Assembly (NCBI GenBank): GCA_964577555.1
Contig: CAZNZM010000002.1
Location: 119,987 to 151,986 of the forward strand
Direction: 5' to 3'
DNA: 32,000 nucleotides
From: an uncultured archaeon
GTDB taxonomy: Archaea > Iainarchaeota > Iainarchaeia > Iainarchaeales > Iainarchaeaceae
Shown: positions 17,017 through 25,670 of the stretch, in pieces
How the letters are laid out: the number at the start of each line of letters is the position of its first letter
How positions within the stretch are numbered: position 1 is the stretch's first letter
Notes under the pieces: model-generated
The model's input: the letters and a program-made list of their open reading frames with translations, nothing else
Database searches by the model: none
Told to the model about the DNA's origin: nothing
Program-made: the position numbers and the translations under genes

Positions 17017-18210
17017 TTATTGTGTTTTTGTTTCTTCTTCGTTTTTTTTGCAGTTTTCGTATTCCGGGTGGATTGCGCAGAATGATTTTTCAAGCATGAA
17101 TAGGTGGGTTGTTTCTTTGCAGTCTATTAATATTGTTCCTGCTCTTTCTATTCCTAATTCTTCTGCGGTTTTTTTGGCTGTGTTGTAAATAATGTTTTTA
17201 TTGTTGTAGCATTGCATGAATGCATTTGTGTCGATTTTTGCTCTGTTTAGTGCTATGTCCAGTTCTATTTGGGTTAGCGGTTTTCCGTAGTGGTTGCTTA
17301 GGGTCCAACACCCGTTTATTTCCGGTTCCGTTAAAATTGTTGGGTCACCGTTGAATGGGTTGTTGCAGTATATTCCTGCCATTGCATATTCCATTTCAAT
17401 GAATTTTCCTTGCATTGATGCACAAGTCAGGAATATGTTTCCTAGTATTGCATTTTCGTCGGCTGATGCTTGTGTTTGGGCGTACATGAATTTTATGTCG
17501 GTTCCTTGGTTATAGTCTTTTATGAAGTCGTAGAGTATTCTTCTTGATTTTGTGTTTTCTGGGTTATAGAAGTCGTCAAAAATTGTTATTGTTGGTTTTT
17601 CCGAGCAAAACTCGGGTACTTTTTTTAGGAAATATACTGGGAAGTATGCTTGCAGGTCAAGATTTAATTCTGGAGCTATGTATGCGTTGAATTTTTTTGC
17701 CATTTTGCCAAGGGCTACTTGGGCGTCGAAATCTGCTTTTGTTTTTGGATAGAATTTCAATTTTTCGGCTTCTATTATTGCTGTAGGCACTCTGTCTATT
17801 CCGAATCTTTCTATTATTTTTTTGCCTTCTTTCGTGCTTGCTTCTATTTTTGTCAGGTTGTATTTTATGTTTCTTATATTGAATAGTTCTTCAAAAGTGT
17901 TTGTTTCCCTGCATTTTTTGCAGTCTTTTGAGTATATCATTGTCACTTCTATTGTTCTGTATGCTGTGTCGTTGGTGTTTATATTGTTTGTTTGGTTGTT
18001 TTGGTCTTCGTTTGGTTCAGGTTTTGGTTTGTAGAATGTAATAAAAATTGCTGTTGTTATTAGTACTCCAAGTATGAAAACCATTATCAATAAGTAGATT
18101 GGAGGGTTTTTGTTTTCTGTGTTTTCTTTTTTAATTCCTGTTTCCAGAAATTTTTCTTTTTTTTCTTTTATTTCTTGTGGTATTGATTTGCTTTTTTTTG
18201 TTTCTTTCAT
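17017..18210 (-). CDS. Membrane-anchored thioredoxin-fold protein
   Basis: N-terminal TM (LLIMVFILGVLITTAIFITFY), MIYSKDCKKCRETNTF (CxxC) with cis-Pro RVPTAII, a second conserved region with several Cys. Confidence 0.75.
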   Translation of the reverse strand: MKETKKSKSIPQEIKEKKEKFLETGIKKENTENKNPPIYLLIMVFILGVLITTAIFITFYKPKPEPNEDQNNQTNNINTNDTAYRTIEVTMIYSKDCKKCRETNTFEELFNIRNIKYNLTKIEASTKEGKKIIERFGIDRVPTAIIEAEKLKFYPKTKADFDAQVALGKMAKKFNAYIAPELNLDLQAYFPVYFLKKVPEFCSEKPTITIFDDFYNPENTKSRRILYDFIKDYNQGTDIKFMYAQTQASADENAILGNIFLTCASMQGKFIEMEYAMAGIYCNNPFNGDPTILTEPEINGCWTLSNHYGKPLTQIELDIALNRAKIDTNAFMQCYNNKNIIYNTAKKTAEELGIERAGTILIDCKETTHLFMLEKSFCAIHPEYENCKKNEEETKTQ

Positions 18211-18262
18211 TGCGATTCACTTTTAACCTTTATTATTTGATTTTATTAGGCATAATTTTTAA

Positions 18263-19018
18263 ATGGTGTCATTTTTGTTAGCTGATTCGCATTGTCATTT
18301 GGATTGGTTTAAAAATCCTGAAAAAGAGGTAGAAAAGGCTAAATTAGCCGGTGTCATGGCAATTCTTTCAAATTCTACTGATTTTAAGTCAATTGAAGCT
18401 AATCTTCGTTTGGCAAAGGATTTTGAAATGGTTAAGTGCGCTATTGGAATTCATCCTGTTGACCTTTTGCAAATTCCTGTTTCTGATTTGTCTTTGTTGT
18501 CGGATTTTGTCGAGAAGAATGTTGGCGGTGCTGTTGCGATTGGCGAGGTTGGCATGGATTTTAAGCGAGCCGTTTCATTTGAGCAAAGGTCGCTTCAAGA
18601 ATTTTTTTTCAGGAAATTTGTGGAACTGGCTGTTAAAAAAAATCTTCCCGTGGTGGTTCATGCTCGTTATTGTGAAACCGAGTGTCTTGATATTCTTGAG
18701 GAAATGGGTGTGAAGAAGGTTCATATGCATTGGTTTACCAACAGCAAAAAGACTTCTGCAAGGGCTGTTAGTCTTGGTTATAAAATTTCTTGTGGTCCAA
18801 TAATTTTGTCTGACAATAAATCAGCCGATGTTGTCAAAGAAATTCCAATTGAGAGTCTTATGCTTGAAACAGACGCCCCAGTTGAATTTGGCGGTTGCAA
18901 ATCCACGCCTTCTTGGATACGGCATGTTTGTTTGAAAGTCGCAGAGTTGAAAAATATTCCGCCGGAAGAAGTTTCTCGGGTTACGGGCAAGAATTTTGCC
19001 AATTTTTATGGGAAATGA
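18263..19018 (+). CDS. tatD: TatD-family metal-dependent hydrolase/DNase
   Basis: ADSHCHLDWF, AIGIHPVDL, AIGEVGMDF, VVHARYCETECLDIL, MHWFTNS, METDAPVEF. Confidence 0.93.
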   Translation: MVSFLLADSHCHLDWFKNPEKEVEKAKLAGVMAILSNSTDFKSIEANLRLAKDFEMVKCAIGIHPVDLLQIPVSDLSLLSDFVEKNVGGAVAIGEVGMDFKRAVSFEQRSLQEFFFRKFVELAVKKNLPVVVHARYCETECLDILEEMGVKKVHMHWFTNSKKTSARAVSLGYKISCGPIILSDNKSADVVKEIPIESLMLETDAPVEFGGCKSTPSWIRHVCLKVAELKNIPPEEVSRVTGKNFANFYGK

Positions 19019-19062
19019 TTTTTTTGGTTAGGTTTATAACCATTTTCAATAAGTTTGTCTTT

Positions 19063-19422
19063 ATGGGTCCTGTAACAGTGTTCTTGGCTGTTTTGATTGT
19101 TGGATTGGTTATTGGTCATTTGTTGCTTTTTGTTTTGGACAAAAAAAGTTCGCTTGGTTTGATTGCACATTATGTTAAGTCTGACAATAATTCGGTCTCA
19201 AAGAACATTTATCCTCCTTTGTCAAGTTCTTTCGAGCCGCAATCAGAAGATCTTTATTCAAAAAATCTTGTGTTGGAGCGCAAGCTTGAATTGGCTCATT
19301 TGAGGCTTCAGAAAATGGAGCGAGAATTGAGGGCTATGCAAGTTGCAAAAGCCGAAAAGGGCGAATTTATTGATTTAAGGGAAAATTCAGAAAAAAAGAA
19401 GCCTTTGAAAAAGAAAAAGTGA
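19063..19422 (+). CDS. Short protein: N-terminal TM, coiled coil, Lys-rich C-terminus
   Basis: MGPVTVFLAVLIVGLVIGHLLLFVLDKK..., coiled-coil LERKLELAHLRLQKMERELRAM; track start at 18895 lies inside tatD. Confidence 0.6.
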   Translation: MGPVTVFLAVLIVGLVIGHLLLFVLDKKSSLGLIAHYVKSDNNSVSKNIYPPLSSSFEPQSEDLYSKNLVLERKLELAHLRLQKMERELRAMQVAKAEKGEFIDLRENSEKKKPLKKKK

Positions 19423-19646
19423 CCTTGGCATTTTTTTTAATTCTGGCAATTTTTACTTTTTGAAAATTTGTTAATTGATTTTGTTTTGATTTTTTTTGCT
19501 CAGCCAAGAATGTGGCGTTTTTTTTCTCAGAGTTTGGCTTTTATGTAAAATGTTTCTATGCAACCCTTTTTTTTTGCGAAATCGTTTTTTTTAAACCATT
19601 TTTTCAAAAACAATGGTTTTTGTTTTTTGCCGGATTTTTTTTTAAT

Positions 19647-20372
19647 TTAATTTGATTTTTCTGCTTTTTTGTTTTTCCATGTTTTTCTTTCTCCTAAGTC
19701 GGCAGAGTTGTTTCTCAAGTGCTTTGCCACGATGCTTGCTGCTCCGACAACTGGTTCAAGATCGTCCCCTTTTGGCAGAAAATTTATTTTTTGATTTTTG
19801 ACTTTTAATGGAGCCCCGTCAACTATTATTTTTGCATCTACTACTATACTTGAAAGCATTTCTGATATTTTTTCAATTGCATCTGCTTCTATTTGATTAA
19901 GGTTTTTTCCGTTGTTTCTTGCAAGGTCTATTGCTTTTGAGTTTATTGCAAATGAAACCGAAGCCAGCATTTTTTCCGACACGATTTTTTCTTTTTTTGG
20001 AATGTCTTTTGTCTTTTTGCTGTCTCTTAATTCTCTCATAGAATTTGTATCTGCCAGAACCCCTGTAATCACCATTGGCCCTGTTCTTTCTCCCCTGCCT
20101 GTTTCATCAATGCCTATTATAAAATCCTCTTTGAGCCCGAGCATTGAAAGTATTTCCTCTTTTACTTTAGTGGCTTCGATTCCTTGTATAGAAAGTTTTC
20201 CTGAATTGTATAATGTTATTGTGCACCCCATGTGTCTTGCCCTTTTTTCTTCAAAGTAATTTGTTACTTCAGCCTTTTCGTAATTTGACATTATTTCCTT
20301 GATCTTTTCTTTTTCATTTATTCCGAAGTTAAGAGTTTCCTGCATGTTCTTCACCCATGATTTTATTTTCAC
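19647..20372 (-). CDS. RNase HII/HIII-like protein with N-terminal TBP-like (HIII-type) domain, C-terminally short
   Basis: FIIGIDETGRGERTGPMVITGVL, KIIVDGAP, LEPVVGAASIVAKHL; N-terminal YFEEKRARHMGCTITLYNSGKLSIQG resembles the RNase HIII N-domain. Confidence 0.8.
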   Translation of the reverse strand: MKIKSWVKNMQETLNFGINEKEKIKEIMSNYEKAEVTNYFEEKRARHMGCTITLYNSGKLSIQGIEATKVKEEILSMLGLKEDFIIGIDETGRGERTGPMVITGVLADTNSMRELRDSKKTKDIPKKEKIVSEKMLASVSFAINSKAIDLARNNGKNLNQIEADAIEKISEMLSSIVVDAKIIVDGAPLKVKNQKINFLPKGDDLEPVVGAASIVAKHLRNNSADLGERKTWKNKKAEKSN

Positions 20373-21369
20373 ATAACGCTTTTAATGACTTGACAAGGAT
20401 TGTGGCATAGCAACCTTTTCTGAGTTTGAATTCCAATACGCAATTTTCTTCAAAAAAAGTTGTTTTTGGTTGTTCAGCTTTGAAAAAAGTTTTTCTTGTC
20501 AATTCTGTTTTGGCTGGAAAAATCGGAGGTATTATTATGTTTCTTTTTATTCCATGATGACTGAATTTTATTGGAAATTTTTTTCCTGAAATTTCTATTT
20601 GCGGTATTTCTTTTTTGTTTTGCTTTTCTATTAAGCTTTTCAGTTTTAAATTGAATTGCATTGCTTGGCTTGCCTTGCATGCAATTGAAACCGATTTTCT
20701 TTCAAGCAGGTTAATGCAATCTTTAAAGTTTTTCCCGTTTTCTAATTCTTTGAAAAATATTTTTTTTGTTTCTGGAATTTTTTTGTTTTTTAAAATTTTT
20801 TTCCAGTTGCCCCAATTGTTTTTAATGTATTCTTTTATGTTTTTGGATTTTTCAGTTTCAAAACAGTCATGGTTTGTAAGTATTTCTTTTGCAGCAGCTT
20901 CATAATTTTCATTTACCAGTAATTCTCCTGCTTTTATGCTTTTACCGTGGAATCTTTGTTCGTCAAAATAATTTGGAAAAGTTTCATGTTTAAGGATTTT
21001 CGGAATAAGAGTTTTTTCTTTTTCGCTTATTTTTGAAAGTTTTATAATGAATTTGTTGGCAGTGTGCATTCCTACAAAAATTCTTTTGTTTGAAGCGCCA
21101 ACGTATTCCAAATTTATTCTTTCGTCGTTTGGTTCAGCCAAGTATTTTTTTGAGCATATCCATTGAATTGACGTTGATTTTGCATCTTTTAATCCGGAAT
21201 AGTATATAGCTGTTTTGTTTTGTTTTCCAATTAATTTTATTGCGTTTGAAGAATCAATGCCAGATTTTTCCAGTATATAATATTTGTATTTCCCGTTGTT
21301 GTTTTTTTCAAGTTTCAAATCAAGTATTTCTTGGACAATAAAATTTGATTCGTTTTTTTCAAATAGCAT
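20329..21369 (-). CDS. truD: tRNA pseudouridine synthase TruD
   Basis: IYYSGLKDAKSTSIQW (catalytic Asp region) and FPNYFDEQRFHG. Confidence 0.88.
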   Translation of the reverse strand: MLFEKNESNFIVQEILDLKLEKNNNGKYKYYILEKSGIDSSNAIKLIGKQNKTAIYYSGLKDAKSTSIQWICSKKYLAEPNDERINLEYVGASNKRIFVGMHTANKFIIKLSKISEKEKTLIPKILKHETFPNYFDEQRFHGKSIKAGELLVNENYEAAAKEILTNHDCFETEKSKNIKEYIKNNWGNWKKILKNKKIPETKKIFFKELENGKNFKDCINLLERKSVSIACKASQAMQFNLKLKSLIEKQNKKEIPQIEISGKKFPIKFSHHGIKRNIIIPPIFPAKTELTRKTFFKAEQPKTTFFEENCVLEFKLRKGCYATILVKSLKALCENKIMGEEHAGNS

Positions 21370-21487
21370 ATTAGTAAATTGTTTGCAATGTATTATTAGG
21401 CTTTAAGGCGTATCATTGCGGGTTTGGTTTTAGGTTTTGTAAGTTTTTTAAATTTTATCATAGTTAAATATAATTCAAGGTGTTTAA

Positions 21488-22642
21488 TTGGCTAATTATA
21501 ATGTTTTGAAATCATTTATTTTTTTTGGTTTTGTTGGTTTTGTTTTTGTAATTTTTTTAGGTGCTATCTTTATAATTACTAATAAAGAAAAAATTATAAT
21601 TTCAGAAAGTCCTAATTCCCAGAAAAATAGCGGTTTGGCAAACGATGTTGAAATTGAAAATTTGAAAAGCAAGGTTGTTTTTCTTGAAAAAGAAAAAGAT
21701 GAATTGATTGCAAAGCAAAGAGAACTAGAGCAAGAAAATAAATCTTGTTCTGCTGAGTATTCTGATTTATTTGCTGATATTAATGTAACTATTTATGAAT
21801 TAAACCGCAGGGAGCAATTAATAAGAAGTTCATTAAATTGGTTTAAAGAAAATTCTGATTTGAAAAATATTGTGGATGATTCTTATAGAACTATTTTGAA
21901 TAGGTATTGTTTTAAAATTTCAGATTCAGATTGTAAGTTGCATTTAGGTTGTTTGTATTTGATAAACGAAAAAGAATTCAGATTATATTATAGAAACGAT
22001 AAAAATTCTGATAATAATGGTGATCAGCTTTTTAATTTAAAAGAATTTTTGTCTAGGAAAGGCGGGGATTGTGAAGATTTTTCTCTTTTTTTTAAAGCAG
22101 AGGTTAATGAATTTCTTAGAGGATGTGGCGACGTAGAAAATAAAAAAGTTAAAATGCTGACTTATGCTGATTGGAAAAAAGGATTTGGAGAATATGAAAC
22201 TCAATTTTTTTTGGATTTTTTGGAAAGAAATTGGTATATTCCTCAAGTAAATCGCATATGGTTGGATGATTATAAATATCCTGTTGTTGTCTGTGGCAAC
22301 ATGTATGATCTTCAATCGAAAAAGGTGAACGGGCATTGTATAATTGCTTTGCTTAAAAACAAGCCAATTGACAAAAATTCTTTGTTTACTGAGCTTAATA
22401 ATTCTCCTTTAATCGAACCTCAAAGCGGAGAGTTTGTCGGTTATTTAAATTCTGCTTCGTCAAATATATTATTAAAAGACGAGTATGTCGGTGATGAAAA
22501 TTCTTCAATAACTTCAATTATTACTGATGAAGACTATTTTTTGTATGATAATTTCACAAGTCCACATTGGATTAATTATTCATTTTATTTGGAAAGAATT
22601 ATTAAATCAAAAAGCGAATTGGAGGAATTTCTTTCTGAATGA
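21488..22642 (+). CDS. Membrane-anchored transglutaminase-like cysteine-protease-fold protein
   Basis: N-terminal TM, coiled coil, then LSRKGGDCEDFSLFFKAEV (Cys motif), VNGHCIIALL (His motif). Confidence 0.7.
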   Translation: MANYNVLKSFIFFGFVGFVFVIFLGAIFIITNKEKIIISESPNSQKNSGLANDVEIENLKSKVVFLEKEKDELIAKQRELEQENKSCSAEYSDLFADINVTIYELNRREQLIRSSLNWFKENSDLKNIVDDSYRTILNRYCFKISDSDCKLHLGCLYLINEKEFRLYYRNDKNSDNNGDQLFNLKEFLSRKGGDCEDFSLFFKAEVNEFLRGCGDVENKKVKMLTYADWKKGFGEYETQFFLDFLERNWYIPQVNRIWLDDYKYPVVVCGNMYDLQSKKVNGHCIIALLKNKPIDKNSLFTELNNSPLIEPQSGEFVGYLNSASSNILLKDEYVGDENSSITSIITDEDYFLYDNFTSPHWINYSFYLERIIKSKSELEEFLSE

Positions 22643-22808
22643 AGCATTTTTGATTTGTTTATTTTTTTTGTCCATCAGTTCGAACCAGTTTCAGCATCTT
22701 TTCACATCTTAGCTTTCTCTTTGTCATCATCGGACGAATATTCTTTGTTTGGTTTGTTTTTAAATATTTATTTTTATTGTCTTTTGCGGTTTTTTTTAGC
22801 AATTTTTT

Positions 22809-23219
22809 TTAGTTTTGTTTTGGCATTTTTTCTAATTTGAATTCTATTGTATCGTTGTTTTTTGGCATAATGCTTGAAACTCCCTTGTCTGAATATTTTC
22901 CATTGACGTATATTGCGATGTATTCGTTGTTATTTGGTTTTAATCCTTCTATTTCAGTTATAAATGCGCCGTAGGTGTATTTTTTGTAATTAAAATTCAC
23001 GCCTGATTTCAGAAGCATCTCAAAAAGGTTTTGTTCTTTTTTGTCGACAATTTGTTTTTCAACAATTGTTTTGTTTTGGGAGTCAATTATTTTCAATTTA
23101 ATTTTTATGGTGTCGCTTGTTGGGTTTAACTGCGAGGCGTTATTTTCTTTGTTTTCTATTTGTATACATCCGTTTGCTAAAATAAGAAGTAGCAGTATTG
23201 CAATGATTTTTGTTTTCAT
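22809..23219 (-). CDS. DUF4430-domain lipoprotein
   Basis: Lipobox ILANGC; FEMLLKSGVNFNYKKYTYGAFITEIEGLKPNNNEYIAIYVNGKYSDKGVSSIMPKNNDTIEFKLE. Confidence 0.8.
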   Translation of the reverse strand: MKTKIIAILLLLILANGCIQIENKENNASQLNPTSDTIKIKLKIIDSQNKTIVEKQIVDKKEQNLFEMLLKSGVNFNYKKYTYGAFITEIEGLKPNNNEYIAIYVNGKYSDKGVSSIMPKNNDTIEFKLEKMPKQN

Positions 23220-23746
23220 AGTTCCAACCTTAGCGTGACAATTGTGTTTTTTAAATTTGAAAGTGCGGTGTTAATTTCTTTTGATGCTTGCATGTCAAGG
23301 AATGGCGATATTATTGTAATTGCAAAAATTCCTGATATTAAATGCATTATCGTGAATGGTATTTGCATTATTATTGTTGTAAGAAGGTCTTGTTTGAATA
23401 TTATTGTGCTCATTCCCGGGCCTGTTATGATGTCAAATAGGAGTATTCCGAATATTCCGCGTGTGACAAATAATTTTAACCCGGGTTTTTTTCTTTTCAT
23501 TTCTAAATGCAGTATTAGTGCTATTATGGCATATGTGCTGCTTGTTACTATTGTCCAAATTCCTATTCCGCTTGTAAAATAGTCAAAGACAGCCATTGTT
23601 GTGAATGCGAATGTTGGTGCTTTCCACCATTTTTCGTTTTTTGCCGCAGGAACTACAAATCCTATTATTGGGTCGGAGTTTGGGAATATGTGTAAGAACC
23701 TGTAAATGTTTGAAATAATTGATCCTATTATATATTTTGGCGTCAT
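23216..23746 (-). CDS. ECF-transporter S-component-like membrane protein
   Basis: 176 aa, ~5 TM; HIFPNSDPIIGFVVPAA, FDIITGPGM; translationally coupled (4 nt overlap) to the DUF4430 ORF. The 5' end lies in the duplicated segment. Confidence 0.6.
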   Translation of the reverse strand: MTPKYIIGSIISNIYRFLHIFPNSDPIIGFVVPAAKNEKWWKAPTFAFTTMAVFDYFTSGIGIWTIVTSSTYAIIALILHLEMKRKKPGLKLFVTRGIFGILLFDIITGPGMSTIIFKQDLLTTIIMQIPFTIMHLISGIFAITIISPFLDMQASKEINTALSNLKNTIVTLRLEL

Positions 23747-24007
23747 AGTTTATTATGAATTTTTTAGTGGTGTTGTGTTTAAATTTAGTTTGCAAGCCAA
23801 ATTTAAATTGGTGAATTATATTACTTCTTCTATCAATTTTACAAATTCTATTAGTTTTTCTTTTTCTGTTGGTGTAATATTTTTGGCTTCGATATATACT
23901 GTTTGTGTGTCTGGGTCTATTGCTATTATATTGTAATTTGTTTGATTTTCTGATTCGTTGATTAGAGTGTAGGAGTTGTTGCCTAATGGGTTGTCTTCTT
24001 TTTTGGA
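23420..24007. repeat. Copy A of a direct segmental duplication (23420-23467 and 23706-24007)
   Basis: Near-identical to 25267-25314 and 25345-25670, same orientation and order; read directly from sequence. Confidence 0.9.
23816..24007 (-). pseudogene. Truncated C-terminal copy of the lipoprotein gene at 25479-26162
   Basis: Identical peptide SKKEDNPLGNNSYTLINESENQTNYNIIAIDPDTQTVYIEAKNITPTEKEKLIEFVKLIEEVI; homology stops abruptly at 24007. Confidence 0.85.
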
Positions 24008-24091
24008 TGTTCTGGCGAAATCGCACTCCAAAAATAAAGAAGGTTGATGTTTTCACGAAAAAGCAAAATGTCAAAAAATTCTGACACGTAG

Positions 24092-24184
24092 TTTAAGCTA
24101 ACAATTTTTATGGTTTTTGTTAGCCTAAAAGAACAAAATTGCAAATTTAGGCTAACTATTTTAAATAACTTTGTTAGCCTAAAA
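24092..24184. promoter_or_regulatory. Operator-like double inverted repeat plus TATA-like box upstream of the Fic gene
   Basis: TTTAAGCTAAC(24092-24102)-N16-GTTAGCCTAAAA(24119-24130) and TTTAGGCTAAC(24146-24156)-N16-GTTAGCCTAAAA(24173-24184); TTTAAATA at 24160-24167, about 27 bp before the ATG. Confidence 0.75.
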
Positions 24185-24189
24185 TCAAT

Positions 24190-25137
24190 ATGAAGTTGCG
24201 TATAAAAACAATTCATGGAAAAAAATATTATTACTTGGATTTGGGCTATCGTGTTTTAGCCAAATCAAAAACATTTAGCAAATATGTTGGCACAAAAAAG
24301 CCAACAAAAAGCGAGTTGGAAAAGATTGAACAATCCTTTAGAGAGGAAATAATTTCAAAACTTTCTGGGAAGGATTACTCTTGCAAATTCATTTCAAAAG
24401 ATGACTTGATAAAAGCATTGCTTTTCAAAGATGCATTTAACAAGAAGTTTGCTTCTCTTTCAAGTGTTCAAAAGAAAAAGTATGAAGTTGACAGCACAAT
24501 CCTTTTCACGCTAACCACGCTTACAACGGAAGATGTTGATGTTAGCCTTACTGATGTAAAGCAAGCATTTGAGAAAGAAACCAAATTGAGCATGCGGGAA
24601 CAGATTAGTAAAAACATGCTTAAAGCGGTTGAATCAATAAAAGAAAAACATGTTTTAAACAAGCAATATTTGCTTGGATTGCATAAGATAATAATGGCAA
24701 GTTTTGAAGGAAAAAGCCCGGGAAAAATAAGGTGGAGACAGGTCTACTTGCAAAAAAGAGACGAAAAAAATCTTTTGGGAACGGAAATTGATTACAGGCC
24801 GCCGCATTACAGCAAAATTGACAAATTGCTTGACGACTTTGTAGAGTGGTATAATAAGACCTTGTTAAATCCAATTGAAAAAGCATCACTGGCACATTAT
24901 AAGCTATACAAAATCCATCCATTTCTTGACGGCAATAAAAGAATATGTCGGCTTATATTAAACAAAACGTTGATTGATGAAGGCTTTCCTTTGTTGAATA
25001 TTTCAGCAAAAAAGGAACAATACTTTCAAACATTAATTGATTCTATTGAAAAAGATTCGCCAAAAAAATTAGCTGAATTCACGTTGAAAGAATATTTCGG
25101 GCAAATAAAGGAATTTTTGAGCTCAAAAAGTAAATGA
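24190..25137 (+). CDS. Fic/Doc-family protein
   Basis: KIHPFLDGNKRICRLILN = Fic motif variant; upstream ATPase/TPR-free archaeal Fic-like N-domain (GKKYYYLDLGYRVLAKSKTFSKYVG). Confidence 0.9.
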   Translation: MKLRIKTIHGKKYYYLDLGYRVLAKSKTFSKYVGTKKPTKSELEKIEQSFREEIISKLSGKDYSCKFISKDDLIKALLFKDAFNKKFASLSSVQKKKYEVDSTILFTLTTLTTEDVDVSLTDVKQAFEKETKLSMREQISKNMLKAVESIKEKHVLNKQYLLGLHKIIMASFEGKSPGKIRWRQVYLQKRDEKNLLGTEIDYRPPHYSKIDKLLDDFVEWYNKTLLNPIEKASLAHYKLYKIHPFLDGNKRICRLILNKTLIDEGFPLLNISAKKEQYFQTLIDSIEKDSPKKLAEFTLKEYFGQIKEFLSSKSK

Positions 25138-25266
25138 TGAATTATTTTTTGGTGCATTATTCTTGCTTTTTGCTTGCTTTTATGGCACTGCAATGAAAAT
25201 TGCGGATTTGCTAAAAATTGTGCTAAAATTGTTCAAAGGGAAACCCATTTTTTTTTGACTATTGCT

Positions 25267-25670
25267 GGCCTGTTATGGCGTCAAATAGGAGTATTCCGAA
25301 TATTCCGCGTGTGATAATAGTTTTAAGCGGGTTTGCTTGTCACTATGTTTGGAATAATTGATCAATTGACCCTATTATATATTTTGGCGTCATAGTTTAT
25401 TATGAATTTTTTAGTGGTGTTGTGTTTAAATTTAGTTTGCAAGCCAAACTTAAATTGGTGAATTATTAAATTGGTGAATTATATTACTTCTTCTATCAAT
25501 TTTACAAATTCTATTAGTTTTTCTTTTTCTGTTGGTGTAATATTTTTGGCTTCGATATATACTGTTTGTGTGTCTGGGTCTATTGCTATTATATTGTAAT
25601 TTGTTTGATTTTCTGATTCGTTGATTAGAGTGTAGGAGTTGTTGCCTAATGGGTTGTCTTCTTTTTTGGA
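25267..25670. repeat. Copy B of the segmental duplication (25267-25314 and 25345-25670)
   Basis: Matches copy A apart from two small insertions (about 8 and 16 nt) and loss of the ~238 nt between the two blocks. Confidence 0.9.

Noticed and set aside
24092-24184. CRISPR-like array considered for the repeated GTTAGCCTAAA words
   Set aside because: Only four half-sites in alternating orientation with 15-16 nt spacing, no cas genes; fits an operator better.
23983-24216. Minus ORF 23983..24216 (77 aa) across the Fic promoter as a possible antitoxin
   Set aside because: Sequence traverses the inverted repeats, lacks Phd/antitoxin-like features, and its 3' part is out of frame in the duplicated lipoprotein tail.
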